Assembly: GCA_963706025.1 (NCBI GenBank) | Contig: CAVPLM010000008.1 | Location: 128,001 to 192,000, forward strand | Reading direction: 5' to 3' | Source of the DNA: an uncultured Actinomycetes bacterium | GTDB taxonomy: Bacteria > Actinomycetota > Thermoleophilia > RBG-16-64-13 | Length of the DNA: 64,000 bases | Shown here: positions 19,449 through 28,660 of the stretch, in pieces | Layout of the letters: each line of letters begins with the position of its first letter | Numbering within the stretch: position 1 is the stretch's first letter | Notes under the pieces: generated by a model | What the model was told of the DNA's origin: nothing | Seen by the model: the letters and a program-made list of their open reading frames with translations, nothing else | Database searches by the model: none | Position numbers and translations under genes: made by a program

Positions 19449-22065
19449 CCCGTTTCACTCGAGCTTCTCCAGCAGGTTCCACAGCATCTGGGCCACCTCA
19501 CCCCGGGTGGCATACCCGCCGGTGAGCCAGCCGGCCAGGGTGCCGGCCGGGCCCTGGATGCCGGCCAGGAGACCATTGAACTCGGCCCGCCTGATGTTGG
19601 CTCCGTGCGTGGGGTCTCCGTAGGAGAGTGCTCCCGTCCAGGCGAGGCCGGGAGTGGCCAGGGTGCCCGGCGCTAAGCGGTCGGCCGCTCGCACCACCAT
19701 GCTGATCACCTGAGCCCGGGTGATGTAGGCGTAGGGATCGAAGGTGGTCGGTGTCTTACCCAGGGTGATCTGGTTACGGGCGCAGACGGCCACGTATTCG
19801 TGGGGATAGAGACTGCTCGGGTCGTCTGCCCCCAGATCGGTGAAGGGAGCGGCCGGGTCGGGGAAGTCGGCTTCGACCGGCGTAAGCCCCAGCGTGCCCA
19901 CGATCATCTTGGCGAACTGCTGGCGCTTGACCAGGTCGTCGGGGCCGAAGGTGGTGGGGTCGTACCCGGACACGATCCCCCGGGCGGCCAGCCCTTCCAC
20001 CGCTTCCCGGTAGGGATGCCCGGCGGGAACGTCGGTGAAGGTGGGAGGTTCTTCGTCTTCCACCCAGAGGGCCCAGGCGATCTCGTTGTCGGAGCCATCG
20101 TTGATCATCAGCGTGAACAGGTCTCCACACGCGGATGATATCTGGCTGTGGCCGAACGTGAGCATGGACGTGGTGCCCAACTTGATGTTCTGAACCAGCA
20201 CGTGGGGCTGGAGTGGAGTCGTGGAGAGGTCGACGACCTTCACATCCCACAATCGGTTGTCGGAGCCCCCGCCGTGACTACCAGATCGATATACCAGGTA
20301 GAACACCCGGTCGCCCTCCACGGCAACGACCTGCTCGGTTTTCGTGTCGTTCGTAAGCCGCGTCTTCTGTAGCGTGTTGAGATCAAAGGCGTACAGATCG
20401 TTCCCGTCCTCGGCTTCGCTACCCCTGGGCTCGGTCCAGGCGGCGTGGTCGTCGCCCAGAACATGGTCGAAATTGGAACAAGGCAATACTTGGAGGGTCA
20501 GCCCATCGGCGAGGCGGTAGAGGCACACCTGGAACGAGGAGACGAGGTCCTTGTAGAGGACCCAGTCCCCGCTGATCTGCGGATAGACACCCGTGTGAGC
20601 GTCGGTGGTCTGAGTGACGATCGTCGTCTTGCTGCCGGTGGCCAGGCTGTAGATCGACACCATCCGGTCCAAGTCCCTGCCGCTCTCGATCAGCACGCGG
20701 CCGTGGCTTACTCCAGCCACGCCGTCGCCCCAAGAGTTGTCGGTGACCTGGATCCACTCGTCGGCGGCGATGTTGTAGGCTCTGACCTCGCCGTCGCCAT
20801 CATTGACCGATTGGATCACGTGTCCACTCGCAACGGTCACGCTGGTTATGCCCGGGGCGAAGACGACAGGCACGAAGGGCCGCGTCACGCCGGTCGAGAT
20901 CGTGTGTAATTGCCAGTAATTCTGGAAGAGGTCTGCTGACGATCCCCACTTCTGGGAGTAGATCGTCACGTAGTCGCCATCGATGCTGAGCAAGGGCCTC
21001 TGACCCGACACGTGGGGGATCGTAGCGATCGTCTTCGTCGCACCCGTGGAGATCTGCCGCAGCCTGATGTTCCAGTTGGCTCCGGCGTCCTGGGCCCAGA
21101 CGAGATGGGTGGAACTGAGCCGGGGTCCGTAATCGTCGACGCTGTTGTTCGTCAGAACCCCCGTGGTCCAGTGGCCGGCGGCTTGAGCGTTCTGCGGCGG
21201 GAGGGCCGCCAGCGCCGCCAGAGCCAGGACCACGACCACCGCGACCAGAGCGGCGAGGCGCAGAACAGAAGGGACCGAACCGGCCTTGGACCTCACCTCT
21301 TCACCCCCCGAACTCAGGCCGAGGCGGACGGTACGTGATCGCGCGTCCGGGATTCGACCGGTAGCACCGTTGTCCACATCTTAGGAGCGACTGGAGGAAT
21401 GCGCAATCTCCCGTTTCACTCGAGTTTCTCCAGCAGGTTCCACAGCATCTGGGCCACCTCACCCCGGGTGGCATACCCGCCGGTGAGCCAGCCGGCCAGG
21501 GTGCCGGCCGGGCCCTGGATGCCGGCCAGGAGACCATTGAACTCGGCCCGCCTGATGTTGGCTCCGTGCGTGGGGTCTCCGTAGGAGAGTGCTCCCGTCC
21601 AGGCGAGGCCCGGAGTGGCCAGGGTGCCCGGCGCTAAGCGGTCGGCCGCTCGCACCACCATGCTGATCACCTGAGCCCGGGTGATGTAGGCGTAGGGATC
21701 GAAGGTGGTCGGTGTCTTACCCAGGGTGATCTGGTTACGGGCGCAGACGGCCACGTATTCGTGGGGATAGAGACTGCTCGGGTCGTCTGCCCCCAGATCG
21801 GTGAAGGGAGCGGCCGGGTCGGGGAAGTCGGCTTCGACCGGCGTAAGCCCCAGCGTGCCCACGATCATCTTGGCGAACTGCTGGCGCTTGACCAGGTCGT
21901 CGGGGCCGAAGGTGGTGGGGTCGTACCCGGACACGATCCCCCGGGCGGCCAGCCCTTCCACCGCTTCCCGGTAGGGATGCCCGGCGGGAACGTCGGTGAA
22001 GGTGGGAGGTTCTTCCTCTTCCACCCAGAGGGCCCAGGCGATCTCGTTGTCGGAGCCATCGTTGA
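19449..22065. repeat. 656-bp direct repeat: 19449..20104 and 21410..22065
   Basis: By-eye alignment at offset 1961 shows three mismatches (19464, 19650, 20055 in copy 1). Confidence 0.95.
19455..21296 (-). CDS. Secreted beta-propeller-like protein with C-terminal SLH module (copy 1)
   Basis: Signal peptide ending AQA; repeated beta-strand units (QVTDN, TRLTND); C-terminal FTDVPAGHPY...RQQFAKMIV...[11 protein letters not shown]. Probable GTG start at 21296. Confidence 0.85.
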   Translation of the reverse strand: MRSKAGSVPSVLRLAALVAVVVVLALAALAALPPQNAQAAGHWTTGVLTNNSVDDYGPRLSSTHLVWAQDAGANWNIRLRQISTGATKTIATIPHVSGQRPLLSIDGDYVTIYSQKWGSSADLFQNYWQLHTISTGVTRPFVPVVFAPGITSVTVASGHVIQSVNDGDGEVRAYNIAADEWIQVTDNSWGDGVAGVSHGRVLIESGRDLDRMVSIYSLATGSKTTIVTQTTDAHTGVYPQISGDWVLYKDLVSSFQVCLYRLADGLTLQVLPCSNFDHVLGDDHAAWTEPRGSEAEDGNDLYAFDLNTLQKTRLTNDTKTEQVVAVEGDRVFYLVYRSGSHGGGSDNRLWDVKVVDLSTTPLQPHVLVQNIKLGTTSMLTFGHSQISSACGDLFTLMINDGSDNEIAWALWVEDEEPPTFTDVPAGHPYREAVEGLAARGIVSGYDPTTFGPDDLVKRQQFAKMIVGTLGLTPVEADFPDPAAPFTDLGADDPSSLYPHEYVAVCARNQITLGKTPTTFDPYAYITRAQVISMVVRAADRLAPGTLATPGLAWTGALSYGDPTHGANIRRAEFNGLLAGIQGPAGTLAGWLTGGYATRGEVAQMLWNLLEKLE

Positions 22066-23209
22066 GCGAGGCGGCGATGAGATCTCCGGACATGGAGACG
22101 TTGCTTCCCCATCCAACTGCAGGAGGAGTGACTCGCTGGGCCAGCCGGTAGGGCTGCACAGGTGTCGCATCAAGGTCAACGACCATTAGATCGTACAGGC
22201 TGGCCTCGTCGACTGCCTTCACATAGACCACTCGGCCGCCCTCCGCGGTAAGGAGGAATTCGCGCGCATTGTCGGAAGTCAGCCGCGTCTTCTCCAGTGT
22301 ACGCAGATCAAGCGTGTAGAGGTCCACTCGATCGCTCAGGTCGCGCTCGGTCCAAAACGCGTAGTCGTCGGTCAAGATCCACCCCCGCGACGGAGAACCA
22401 TCCGTTTGAACGGTGAGGCCGTCGGCGAGCCGTTGCAGACAGATCTTATTCGACGTCAGGTTGGTGTAGCCGACCCAGTCCTTGCTGATCCGAGGAGTCA
22501 TGCCAAGGGAGTAGATGGAGGCGTCCCTTCTGGTGAAGATCGTCTTCAGGACCCCTGTGCTCAGGTCGCGGAACATGACACTCCGCTCGAAGGTGTGTGG
22601 GTGTCCCTCGACAAGGCTGGACGTCTCCCACACGATACGTCCGCGATCGATGCGGGGTTCGAAGTCAGTGACGTCATCATTCGTGACTTTGGTCCAGCCA
22701 TGGCTCGCGATGTTGTAGGCGACGATGTCGGGGTCGCCGTCATCGAACCTCAAGATCACGTAGGTGCCGTCGTTACCGTCGACGGAAGCGATCGTGACGT
22801 CAGTGGCGTCAGCTATCGTCAAGCTCTCGGTCGAGAGCTGGTAGAGATACCAACGATCGTGTCCGTGGCTGAATACCGCCAGGTAGTCGCCCCCGATGCA
22901 CAGGTCCGGGGCAAAGTCCGGGATGCCCACAGGCACGCTGACGATGGTCGTGGTAGTCCCCGTGGACAGCTCGCGTAGCCTGATGTTCCAACCGGAGCCG
23001 CCTCTCTGCGCCCAGACGAGGTGGGTGGAACTGAGCCGGGGATTCACATCGTCGACGCTGTTGTTGGTGAGCGCGCCCCCGGTCCAGTGGCCGGCGGCCT
23101 GGGCGTCCCCCGGGAGAGCCAGCAACACCCCGACTAGCAGGACCGCGAGTGCCAGGACCGAACCCGCCACGCGCGTCCAAAAAGGGATCGAACCGGCCTT
23201 GTGCTTCAC
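21416..23209 (-). CDS. Secreted beta-propeller-like protein with C-terminal SLH module (copy 2)
   Basis: Same architecture as 19455..21296; last ~215 aa essentially identical. Probable GTG start at 23209. Confidence 0.85.
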   Translation of the reverse strand: MKHKAGSIPFWTRVAGSVLALAVLLVGVLLALPGDAQAAGHWTGGALTNNSVDDVNPRLSSTHLVWAQRGGSGWNIRLRELSTGTTTTIVSVPVGIPDFAPDLCIGGDYLAVFSHGHDRWYLYQLSTESLTIADATDVTIASVDGNDGTYVILRFDDGDPDIVAYNIASHGWTKVTNDDVTDFEPRIDRGRIVWETSSLVEGHPHTFERSVMFRDLSTGVLKTIFTRRDASIYSLGMTPRISKDWVGYTNLTSNKICLQRLADGLTVQTDGSPSRGWILTDDYAFWTERDLSDRVDLYTLDLRTLEKTRLTSDNAREFLLTAEGGRVVYVKAVDEASLYDLMVVDLDATPVQPYRLAQRVTPPAVGWGSNVSMSGDLIAASLNDGSDNEIAWALWVEEEEPPTFTDVPAGHPYREAVEGLAARGIVSGYDPTTFGPDDLVKRQQFAKMIVGTLGLTPVEADFPDPAAPFTDLGADDPSSLYPHEYVAVCARNQITLGKTPTTFDPYAYITRAQVISMVVRAADRLAPGTLATPGLAWTGALSYGDPTHGANIRRAEFNGLLAGIQGPAGTLAGWLTGGYATRGEVAQMLWNLLEKLE

Positions 23210-23382
23210 GTCTTCATTCCCTGACTCATGCCGAGACAAACGGTACATGATCCCGTGTACGAGAATCGGTCGGCAACACCCTCACTGTAGCACTTGATGT
23301 ACCGCCATGGACCAAATAGCCGCCTAATTGGCCGTCTTGTGAGCAGCGGAGCCCTCGGGAATACGTGGTGGACACTGGGACG

Positions 23383-23429
23383 GCGGCCTCCTGAACCTCA
23401 TGTCGAGTGTTCGAGCCACTCCGGGGGCA
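23383..23429 (+). pseudogene. Degenerate tRNA-Arg(CCT)-like 3' fragment, possible att-site scar
   Basis: GCGGC-CT-CCT-GA-(ACCTC) decayed anticodon arm, perfect T-arm GAGTG-TTCGAGC-CACTC, acceptor strand CGGGGGCA; 5' half absent. Confidence 0.65.
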
Positions 23430-23630
23430 TTCGAGGTTCTCCCTGTTCAAGCCGCGTTGCTGCTACCACCGCCGGTGCCTACATCGGGGCCGAAACCGCC
23501 CGGTTGCCCCTGCCCCTACCGTCATGTGACCCTTACGTGACATGTTCACCTTCGACAAGAGAAGCACCCGCAGCTATTATTGCTGTATCCATCTGTGTAT
23601 GGCCGGGACGGAGAGAGGAGGGTCGTACGG

Positions 23631-25472
23631 GTGGAGAACGAAGAGGTAGTCTCTGGCTCGCTGGATGAGGGATTCGAGGCACTGCAGCAGCTCGTGGAAG
23701 CCCTCAAGGGGCGGGCGGAGACAGGCGTCCGCAAACCCCCCCTCGCCGAGTTGCTCGGGGATGTGTCTGCGGCACTCGCCGGTCTCCGCGCCAAAGCGCA
23801 AGGGGTCTGCCGGGAAAACGAAGAGCTCGCGTCGATCACGGCAGAGACCGAGAGGGAGCTACGGCGGGCCGAGGTGACCGAGCGACTCAGCAGCGAACGC
23901 TACCGGCAGATCGTCGAGCTTGCGAGCGAGGGCATCTGGATCATCGACGCCGATGACAAGACTTCCTTCGTCAACCAGCGCATGGCCGACATGCTCGGGT
24001 ACAGCGCGGAGGAGATGCTCGGCGAGCCGCTCTTCGTCTTCATGGATGAGGAGTGGCGCAAGGCTGCAGAGCGGAACGTGGATCGCCGTCGGCAGGGCAT
24101 CGGCGAGCAACATGACTTCCAATTCCGGCGTAAAGATGGCCGGCCGCTTGTAGCCGCCCTCTCCACGACGGCTATCGTGGATGAGCAGGGCCGATACCAG
24201 GGTGCTCTGGCTTTGGTCACCGACGTTACCGACCGGCGGCAGCTTGAGGCCGAGCGCGGCGAAGCGCTGCGGCTGAGCGAGGCACTCAGCGGGATGAATC
24301 TTACCCTGGGCACGATCCACCACCCCGATCAACTCATGAACCGAGTTATCACGGAGGCTGCCCAAGCGCTGGGGGCCGAATCGGCCCTTGTCAACCTCCG
24401 TCAGGACGGGCACTGGGTGGTGGCTTACACCCACGGGTACCCCGAGGAGCTCCTGGGACAGACGTTCCAGGACGACGAGTTCACGCTCAGCTCCCAGGTG
24501 ATGAGGCAGGGGTCTCCCATCGGCGTACCCGACGCCCTTGCCGACGACCGCTGCAATCGTGACGTAGTGTGCCGGTTAGGTATGCGGTCATTACTGGCAG
24601 CTCCGCTCTCCTCGCATGGCCGCCCGGTCGGCACCTTCGTGTTCGGCTTCCAGTCGCGACCCGTAGCTACGATCGAGACCCAGGTCGGCTTCGCTGCCCG
24701 CCTGGCTGCTTCGGTGTCCTTGGCCCTTGAGAACGCCCAGGCGTTCGAGCACCAGCGGATCATTGCCCAGAGCCTCCAGGAGGCGCTGCTGACCGTACCC
24801 CCGAGGCTACCCGGCGTGAAGTTCGGTCACGCTCATCGCTCGGCCACCATCGGCGCCGACGTGGGCGGGGACTTCTATGACCTCTTCCCCATGGATCGGG
24901 GGCACGTAGGTCTTCTCATCGGCGATGTCGCGGGCCGAGGTATCGGGGCGGCAGCATTGGCCAGCTTGGCCAAGAACGCCATGAAATCCTTCGCCTACGA
25001 GCATGGGGCTCCGGCAGCGGTCATGGCAAGGACCAACGAGGTCCTTTGGAGGCAGTCCAATGGGGCAAGTTTCATAACCGCCTTCTTTGGCAGACTGGAC
25101 CTCGCCACCGGTAGGCTTCGGTACGCCCGCGCCGGGCACCCGCCTCCCGTCATCCGGAAGAAGACCGGAAAGACTCTCTTTCTTGAGTCAGGATCCCCCG
25201 TTCTTGCAGCGTGGAACAAATCAGCCTATACAGAGGCCCAGGTCTCGCTCAAGAGCGGCGACCTCCTGTTTCTCTACACCGATGGAGCGACCGAGGCTCG
25301 TCGCGGTCCGGATTTCTTCGGGGAAGAAAGACTCGTCGATGTTCTCAGGAAGGTGGTGTCTCAACCAGTCGATCAAGTGCCCGCCGAAGTACTCAGGCAC
25401 GTCGTCGAGTTTGCAGGCGGAGCCTTGCCGGACGACCTCGCTCTTCTCGCGCTCAGCCTCGAAGGAAGCTGA
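23631..25472 (+). CDS. PAS-GAF-PP2C (SpoIIE/RsbU-like) sensor phosphatase
   Basis: PAS (FVNQRMADMLGYS...DVTDRR), GAF (DALADDR...SLLAAPL...LALENA), PP2C (VGGDFYD, IGDVAGRG, AGHPPP, LYTDG, DDLALL). Confidence 0.92.
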   Translation: MENEEVVSGSLDEGFEALQQLVEALKGRAETGVRKPPLAELLGDVSAALAGLRAKAQGVCRENEELASITAETERELRRAEVTERLSSERYRQIVELASEGIWIIDADDKTSFVNQRMADMLGYSAEEMLGEPLFVFMDEEWRKAAERNVDRRRQGIGEQHDFQFRRKDGRPLVAALSTTAIVDEQGRYQGALALVTDVTDRRQLEAERGEALRLSEALSGMNLTLGTIHHPDQLMNRVITEAAQALGAESALVNLRQDGHWVVAYTHGYPEELLGQTFQDDEFTLSSQVMRQGSPIGVPDALADDRCNRDVVCRLGMRSLLAAPLSSHGRPVGTFVFGFQSRPVATIETQVGFAARLAASVSLALENAQAFEHQRIIAQSLQEALLTVPPRLPGVKFGHAHRSATIGADVGGDFYDLFPMDRGHVGLLIGDVAGRGIGAAALASLAKNAMKSFAYEHGAPAAVMARTNEVLWRQSNGASFITAFFGRLDLATGRLRYARAGHPPPVIRKKTGKTLFLESGSPVLAAWNKSAYTEAQVSLKSGDLLFLYTDGATEARRGPDFFGEERLVDVLRKVVSQPVDQVPAEVLRHVVEFAGGALPDDLALLALSLEGS

Positions 25473-25790
25473 ACGAAGCCGGCGGGGAGGACTCTCGCTC
25501 AGACCTCGCTTCAGCAGAGCAGCGTGACGTCTGCTCTGAGGGCCTCCGATAGCGACTCGAGGTGTATACTGAAGCGCAGCAGAGACGTTCTCTGCTCTCA
25601 GAAGGGCCAGAATGGGCACCGCACCCGTGAATTGTGCGCAGCAAGCGCAAACCCACTGTTGCCTTCCCGTCTTTTCCTCCTCCGCCAATCTCAACGGGCG
25701 CGTCGTCGCTGACCGGGCTCTCCGTCGCTCAGGGACCCACGCGCAACCCGAATCTACGACAGTTGACGAGCGAGAGGACACTACGGGGCC

Positions 25791-25952
25791 ATGAGGATCG
25801 AAGTACAAGAGGCGCAGACATCGACGTCCGAGCGGCCGCTGTGGGTGTGGCGCGTCTGGCTCAACGGCCGCCTAAGCCAGGGATTCAGCCCGAGCGAAAA
25901 GGACGCAAAGCACCAGGCGGCTCTCGCGCAGCATCCCGTTCACGGCCGCTGA
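25791..25952 (+). CDS. Small hypothetical protein (53 aa)
   Basis: Below the ORF-track cutoff. MRIEVQEAQTSTSERPLWVWRVWLNGRLSQGFSPSEKDAKHQAALAQHPVHGR; GAGAGGA upstream. Confidence 0.5.
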   Translation: MRIEVQEAQTSTSERPLWVWRVWLNGRLSQGFSPSEKDAKHQAALAQHPVHGR

Positions 25953-25991
25953 CGCCAGCGCCAGGCATCCTGGGCGCGTCCGCCGGATCGG

Positions 25992-26375
25992 CTACGGCAG
26001 GAGCACCTCCGCCTCGATCTCCAGAAGCCACTCCGGCAGCACGAGCCTCGAGATCTGGAGAGTAGTGCTGGGCACAGGGCTGGTGAAGTGCGCCTTCCGA
26101 AAGGCGGCGATCGTCGAGTAGTGGGCATCGATGTCGGTAGAGTAGACGTGCAGTTTCACAATATCGTCGAATCCGGCCCCGATCGATTCCAGAGCTCTCC
26201 TCAAGTTTTCGAAGACCTGGCGAGTCTGGGCTTCGATATCTCCCTCTCCGACAGTGTTCCCGTTCTCATCCACCGAGACCTGACCGGCGATCCATGCTTG
26301 TTTGCCGGATTTCAGCACCTGAGCATACCGAGGCCGGGGGTCCCAGAGCCCCTCCGGCTGAATCAACTCGCGCAC
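25992..26375 (-). CDS. RidA family protein
   Basis: IAGQV, IEAQTRQVFENL, DIVKL, WLLEIEA. The substrate-binding Arg of P.R is replaced (PSTT), so a non-canonical Rid subfamily. Confidence 0.9.
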   Translation of the reverse strand: MRELIQPEGLWDPRPRYAQVLKSGKQAWIAGQVSVDENGNTVGEGDIEAQTRQVFENLRRALESIGAGFDDIVKLHVYSTDIDAHYSTIAAFRKAHFTSPVPSTTLQISRLVLPEWLLEIEAEVLLP

Positions 26376-26569
26376 CCACCTCTCCCTTCGAGCTCGTTGG
26401 CAGGACCTTGCGTTTGCGGGAAGCCGTGCCTTCCCTTTCCACTCTAGCGCATACCCGGTTTCGCCATTCCCGCTGTGATATCGTCCGGGATGCCATCCCA
26501 GGCCTCATCGACGCCCCGTGAGCGTGGCAGTGCGGCGGCAAGCCAACGTGTCAAAGCGGAGAAGATTGC

Positions 26570-27730
26570 ATGAATCTCTACGAGTTCGAGGGAAAAGCTC
26601 TTCTGAGGCGGGCAGGCGTGGCCACCCCACGAGGAATCTTCGCCGGCGATCCTGACGAAGCGCGGGCCGCTGGGCACACCATCGGGTATCCCTGCGTGGT
26701 GAAGAGTCAGGTCCTGATCGGGGGACGGGGAAAGGCCGGCGGGATCGCGGTGGTGGAGACCGCCGGGCAGCTCGAGACGGAGGCCGCCCGCATCCGAGCA
26801 CTCGCCATCCGGGGCGAGTCCCCGGTCGGTCTTCTGGTGGAGGAGCGGGTACCGCCGGGTCGGGAGATGTACGTCTCGGTGGTTTTCGATATGTCGGCCG
26901 GCTCGCCCGTGCTCCTCTTCTCCCCGTTTGGAGGGATGGACGTGGAGGCCAACAGTGAGCAGCTCCTACGCATGCCGGTGGCAGTCGACCAACTCGCAAA
27001 GGTGACGCCCGAGTGGGTCACAGCCCGTCTGGAGGCTCGACTCGCGGTTGAATACGCCGGCCGGCTGGGCAAACCCCTGCTGGCCGAGATCGGCGCACTT
27101 CTCGCGAACCTGCTCAAGACCGCCCTTGAGAACGACCTGGAGCTTATCGAGATCAACCCGTTGATAGCCACCGCCGGGGGGCTCGTTGCAGCCGACGCCA
27201 AGGTGACCATCGACGACGATGCCCTGTTCCGGCAGCAGGATCTGGTCTTGGTCGAACGTCCCCCTCTGGGTGAATTGGAAGCCCGAGCCAAGGCGGCCTC
27301 ACTGAACTTCGTGGACTTGGACGGGGAGATATGCCTGATGGCCAATGGAGCAGGCCTGAACATGTCTCTGCTCGATGCGGTCGGTCGACTCGGGTCCAGT
27401 CCTGCCAACTTCCTCGATACGGGGGGCGGAGCCAGCACGGAGAAGGCATACCAAGGGATGCGCATCCTCCAGGACCGAGGCCTGCGTGATCCCAAGGTCC
27501 GCGCCCATCTGCTGATGCTGAGTCTCGCGATCACCCGGGCCCGGGAGGCGGCTCGTGGCATCATACGAGCCGTGCAGGAGATCCCTGACGATCCGGTAGG
27601 CACGATCGCAGTGGTCCACGGCACCGGGGCCGAAGAGGGCGCCCGCCTGCTGGAAGAAGCGGGCATACGGGTGGCTCCCGACATCAAGACCGCGGTCGAG
27701 TTGGCCGTAGCTTCGCAGAGGAGGCGGTGA
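26570..27730 (+). CDS. sucC: ADP-forming succinyl-CoA-synthetase-like ligase, beta subunit
   Basis: MNLYEFEGK, KSQVLIGGRGKAGG, EINPL, DAKVTIDDDALFRQ, NGAGL, PANFLDTGG. Confidence 0.88.
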   Translation: MNLYEFEGKALLRRAGVATPRGIFAGDPDEARAAGHTIGYPCVVKSQVLIGGRGKAGGIAVVETAGQLETEAARIRALAIRGESPVGLLVEERVPPGREMYVSVVFDMSAGSPVLLFSPFGGMDVEANSEQLLRMPVAVDQLAKVTPEWVTARLEARLAVEYAGRLGKPLLAEIGALLANLLKTALENDLELIEINPLIATAGGLVAADAKVTIDDDALFRQQDLVLVERPPLGELEARAKAASLNFVDLDGEICLMANGAGLNMSLLDAVGRLGSSPANFLDTGGGASTEKAYQGMRILQDRGLRDPKVRAHLLMLSLAITRAREAARGIIRAVQEIPDDPVGTIAVVHGTGAEEGARLLEEAGIRVAPDIKTAVELAVASQRRR

Positions 27731-27733
27731 GCC

Positions 27734-28642
27734 ATGGGTTTCTTGTGTGACCACACCACCCGCGTGCTCGTCCAAGGGATCACCGGCAACTTCGGGAGGA
27801 CGCAGACACGCCTCATGCTGGATTACGGCACGCAGATCGTTGCAGGTGTGACCCCCGGCAAAGCCGGCGAGACGGCCGAGGGCGTGCCCGTCTTCGACAC
27901 TGTGGCCGATGCGATAGCCGGAGCCGGTCCCATCGATGCCGGCGTCGTCTACGTTCCGGCCCGCTTTGCTAGGTCGGCGATAGAGGAGGCGGTGGAAGCG
28001 GGCATTCCGCTGGTCGCGGTGATCACAGAAGGCGTGCCGCTCTACGACGAGATGTACGCGTGTGATCTTGCCCGGAAGCGAGACGTGTGGCTCATCGGTC
28101 CCAACTGTCCCGGCATCTTGGTCCCGGGCGAGACCAGCCTGGGCATGATCCCTCCCAGCTCGACCTCGGTTGGCAACATCGCGGTGATCAGCCGGAGTGG
28201 GACCCTCACCTTTGAGATCACCAAAGTCTTGTCCGATGCCGGACTCGGCCAGTCGGTGTGCGTCGGCATCGGTGGCGACCGGGTCATCGGCCGTGATTTC
28301 GCCGACTACCTGCGCCTGGCGGAGCGAGACGAGGCCACTCGGGTGATCGTCCTCGTGGGTGAGATAGGGGGCGACGCCGAGGAGAAAGCTGCCGAGGTCA
28401 TCGCCGGCGAGATCCGGAAACCGATCGTGGGCCTACTCGTGGGTAGACATGCCCCCGTTGGCAAGCGCATGGGACATGCCGGCGCCATGATCTCCGGGGG
28501 CAAGGGCACCATCGCGAGCAAAGAGGCGGCTCTTTCCGCAGCGGGGGTCCACCTGGTCGACTATCTCTGGGAACTCCCCGACGCGATCCACGCCTTGGGG
28601 GCGATTGGGTCCACGCGCGGAAGCCCGCGAGATCTCCGGTAG
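27734..28642 (+). CDS. sucD: Succinyl-CoA synthetase alpha subunit
   Basis: VQGITG, GVTPGK, IGPNCPG, SRSGTLT, GEIGG, RMGHAGA (phospho-His). Confidence 0.93.
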   Translation: MGFLCDHTTRVLVQGITGNFGRTQTRLMLDYGTQIVAGVTPGKAGETAEGVPVFDTVADAIAGAGPIDAGVVYVPARFARSAIEEAVEAGIPLVAVITEGVPLYDEMYACDLARKRDVWLIGPNCPGILVPGETSLGMIPPSSTSVGNIAVISRSGTLTFEITKVLSDAGLGQSVCVGIGGDRVIGRDFADYLRLAERDEATRVIVLVGEIGGDAEEKAAEVIAGEIRKPIVGLLVGRHAPVGKRMGHAGAMISGGKGTIASKEAALSAAGVHLVDYLWELPDAIHALGAIGSTRGSPRDLR

Positions 28643-28660
28643 CGCCCTTGGAGCTCGTTC

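Noticed and set aside
19428-19450. Third tRNA fragment (CGGGTTCGAGCCCC)
   Set aside because: Only a 3-bp T-stem and no other arm; likely chance.
19449-22065. Diversity-generating retroelement TR/VR pair
   Set aside because: No reverse transcriptase in the window, the repeat is 656 bp of anchor-coding sequence, and the three mismatches are not adenine-specific.
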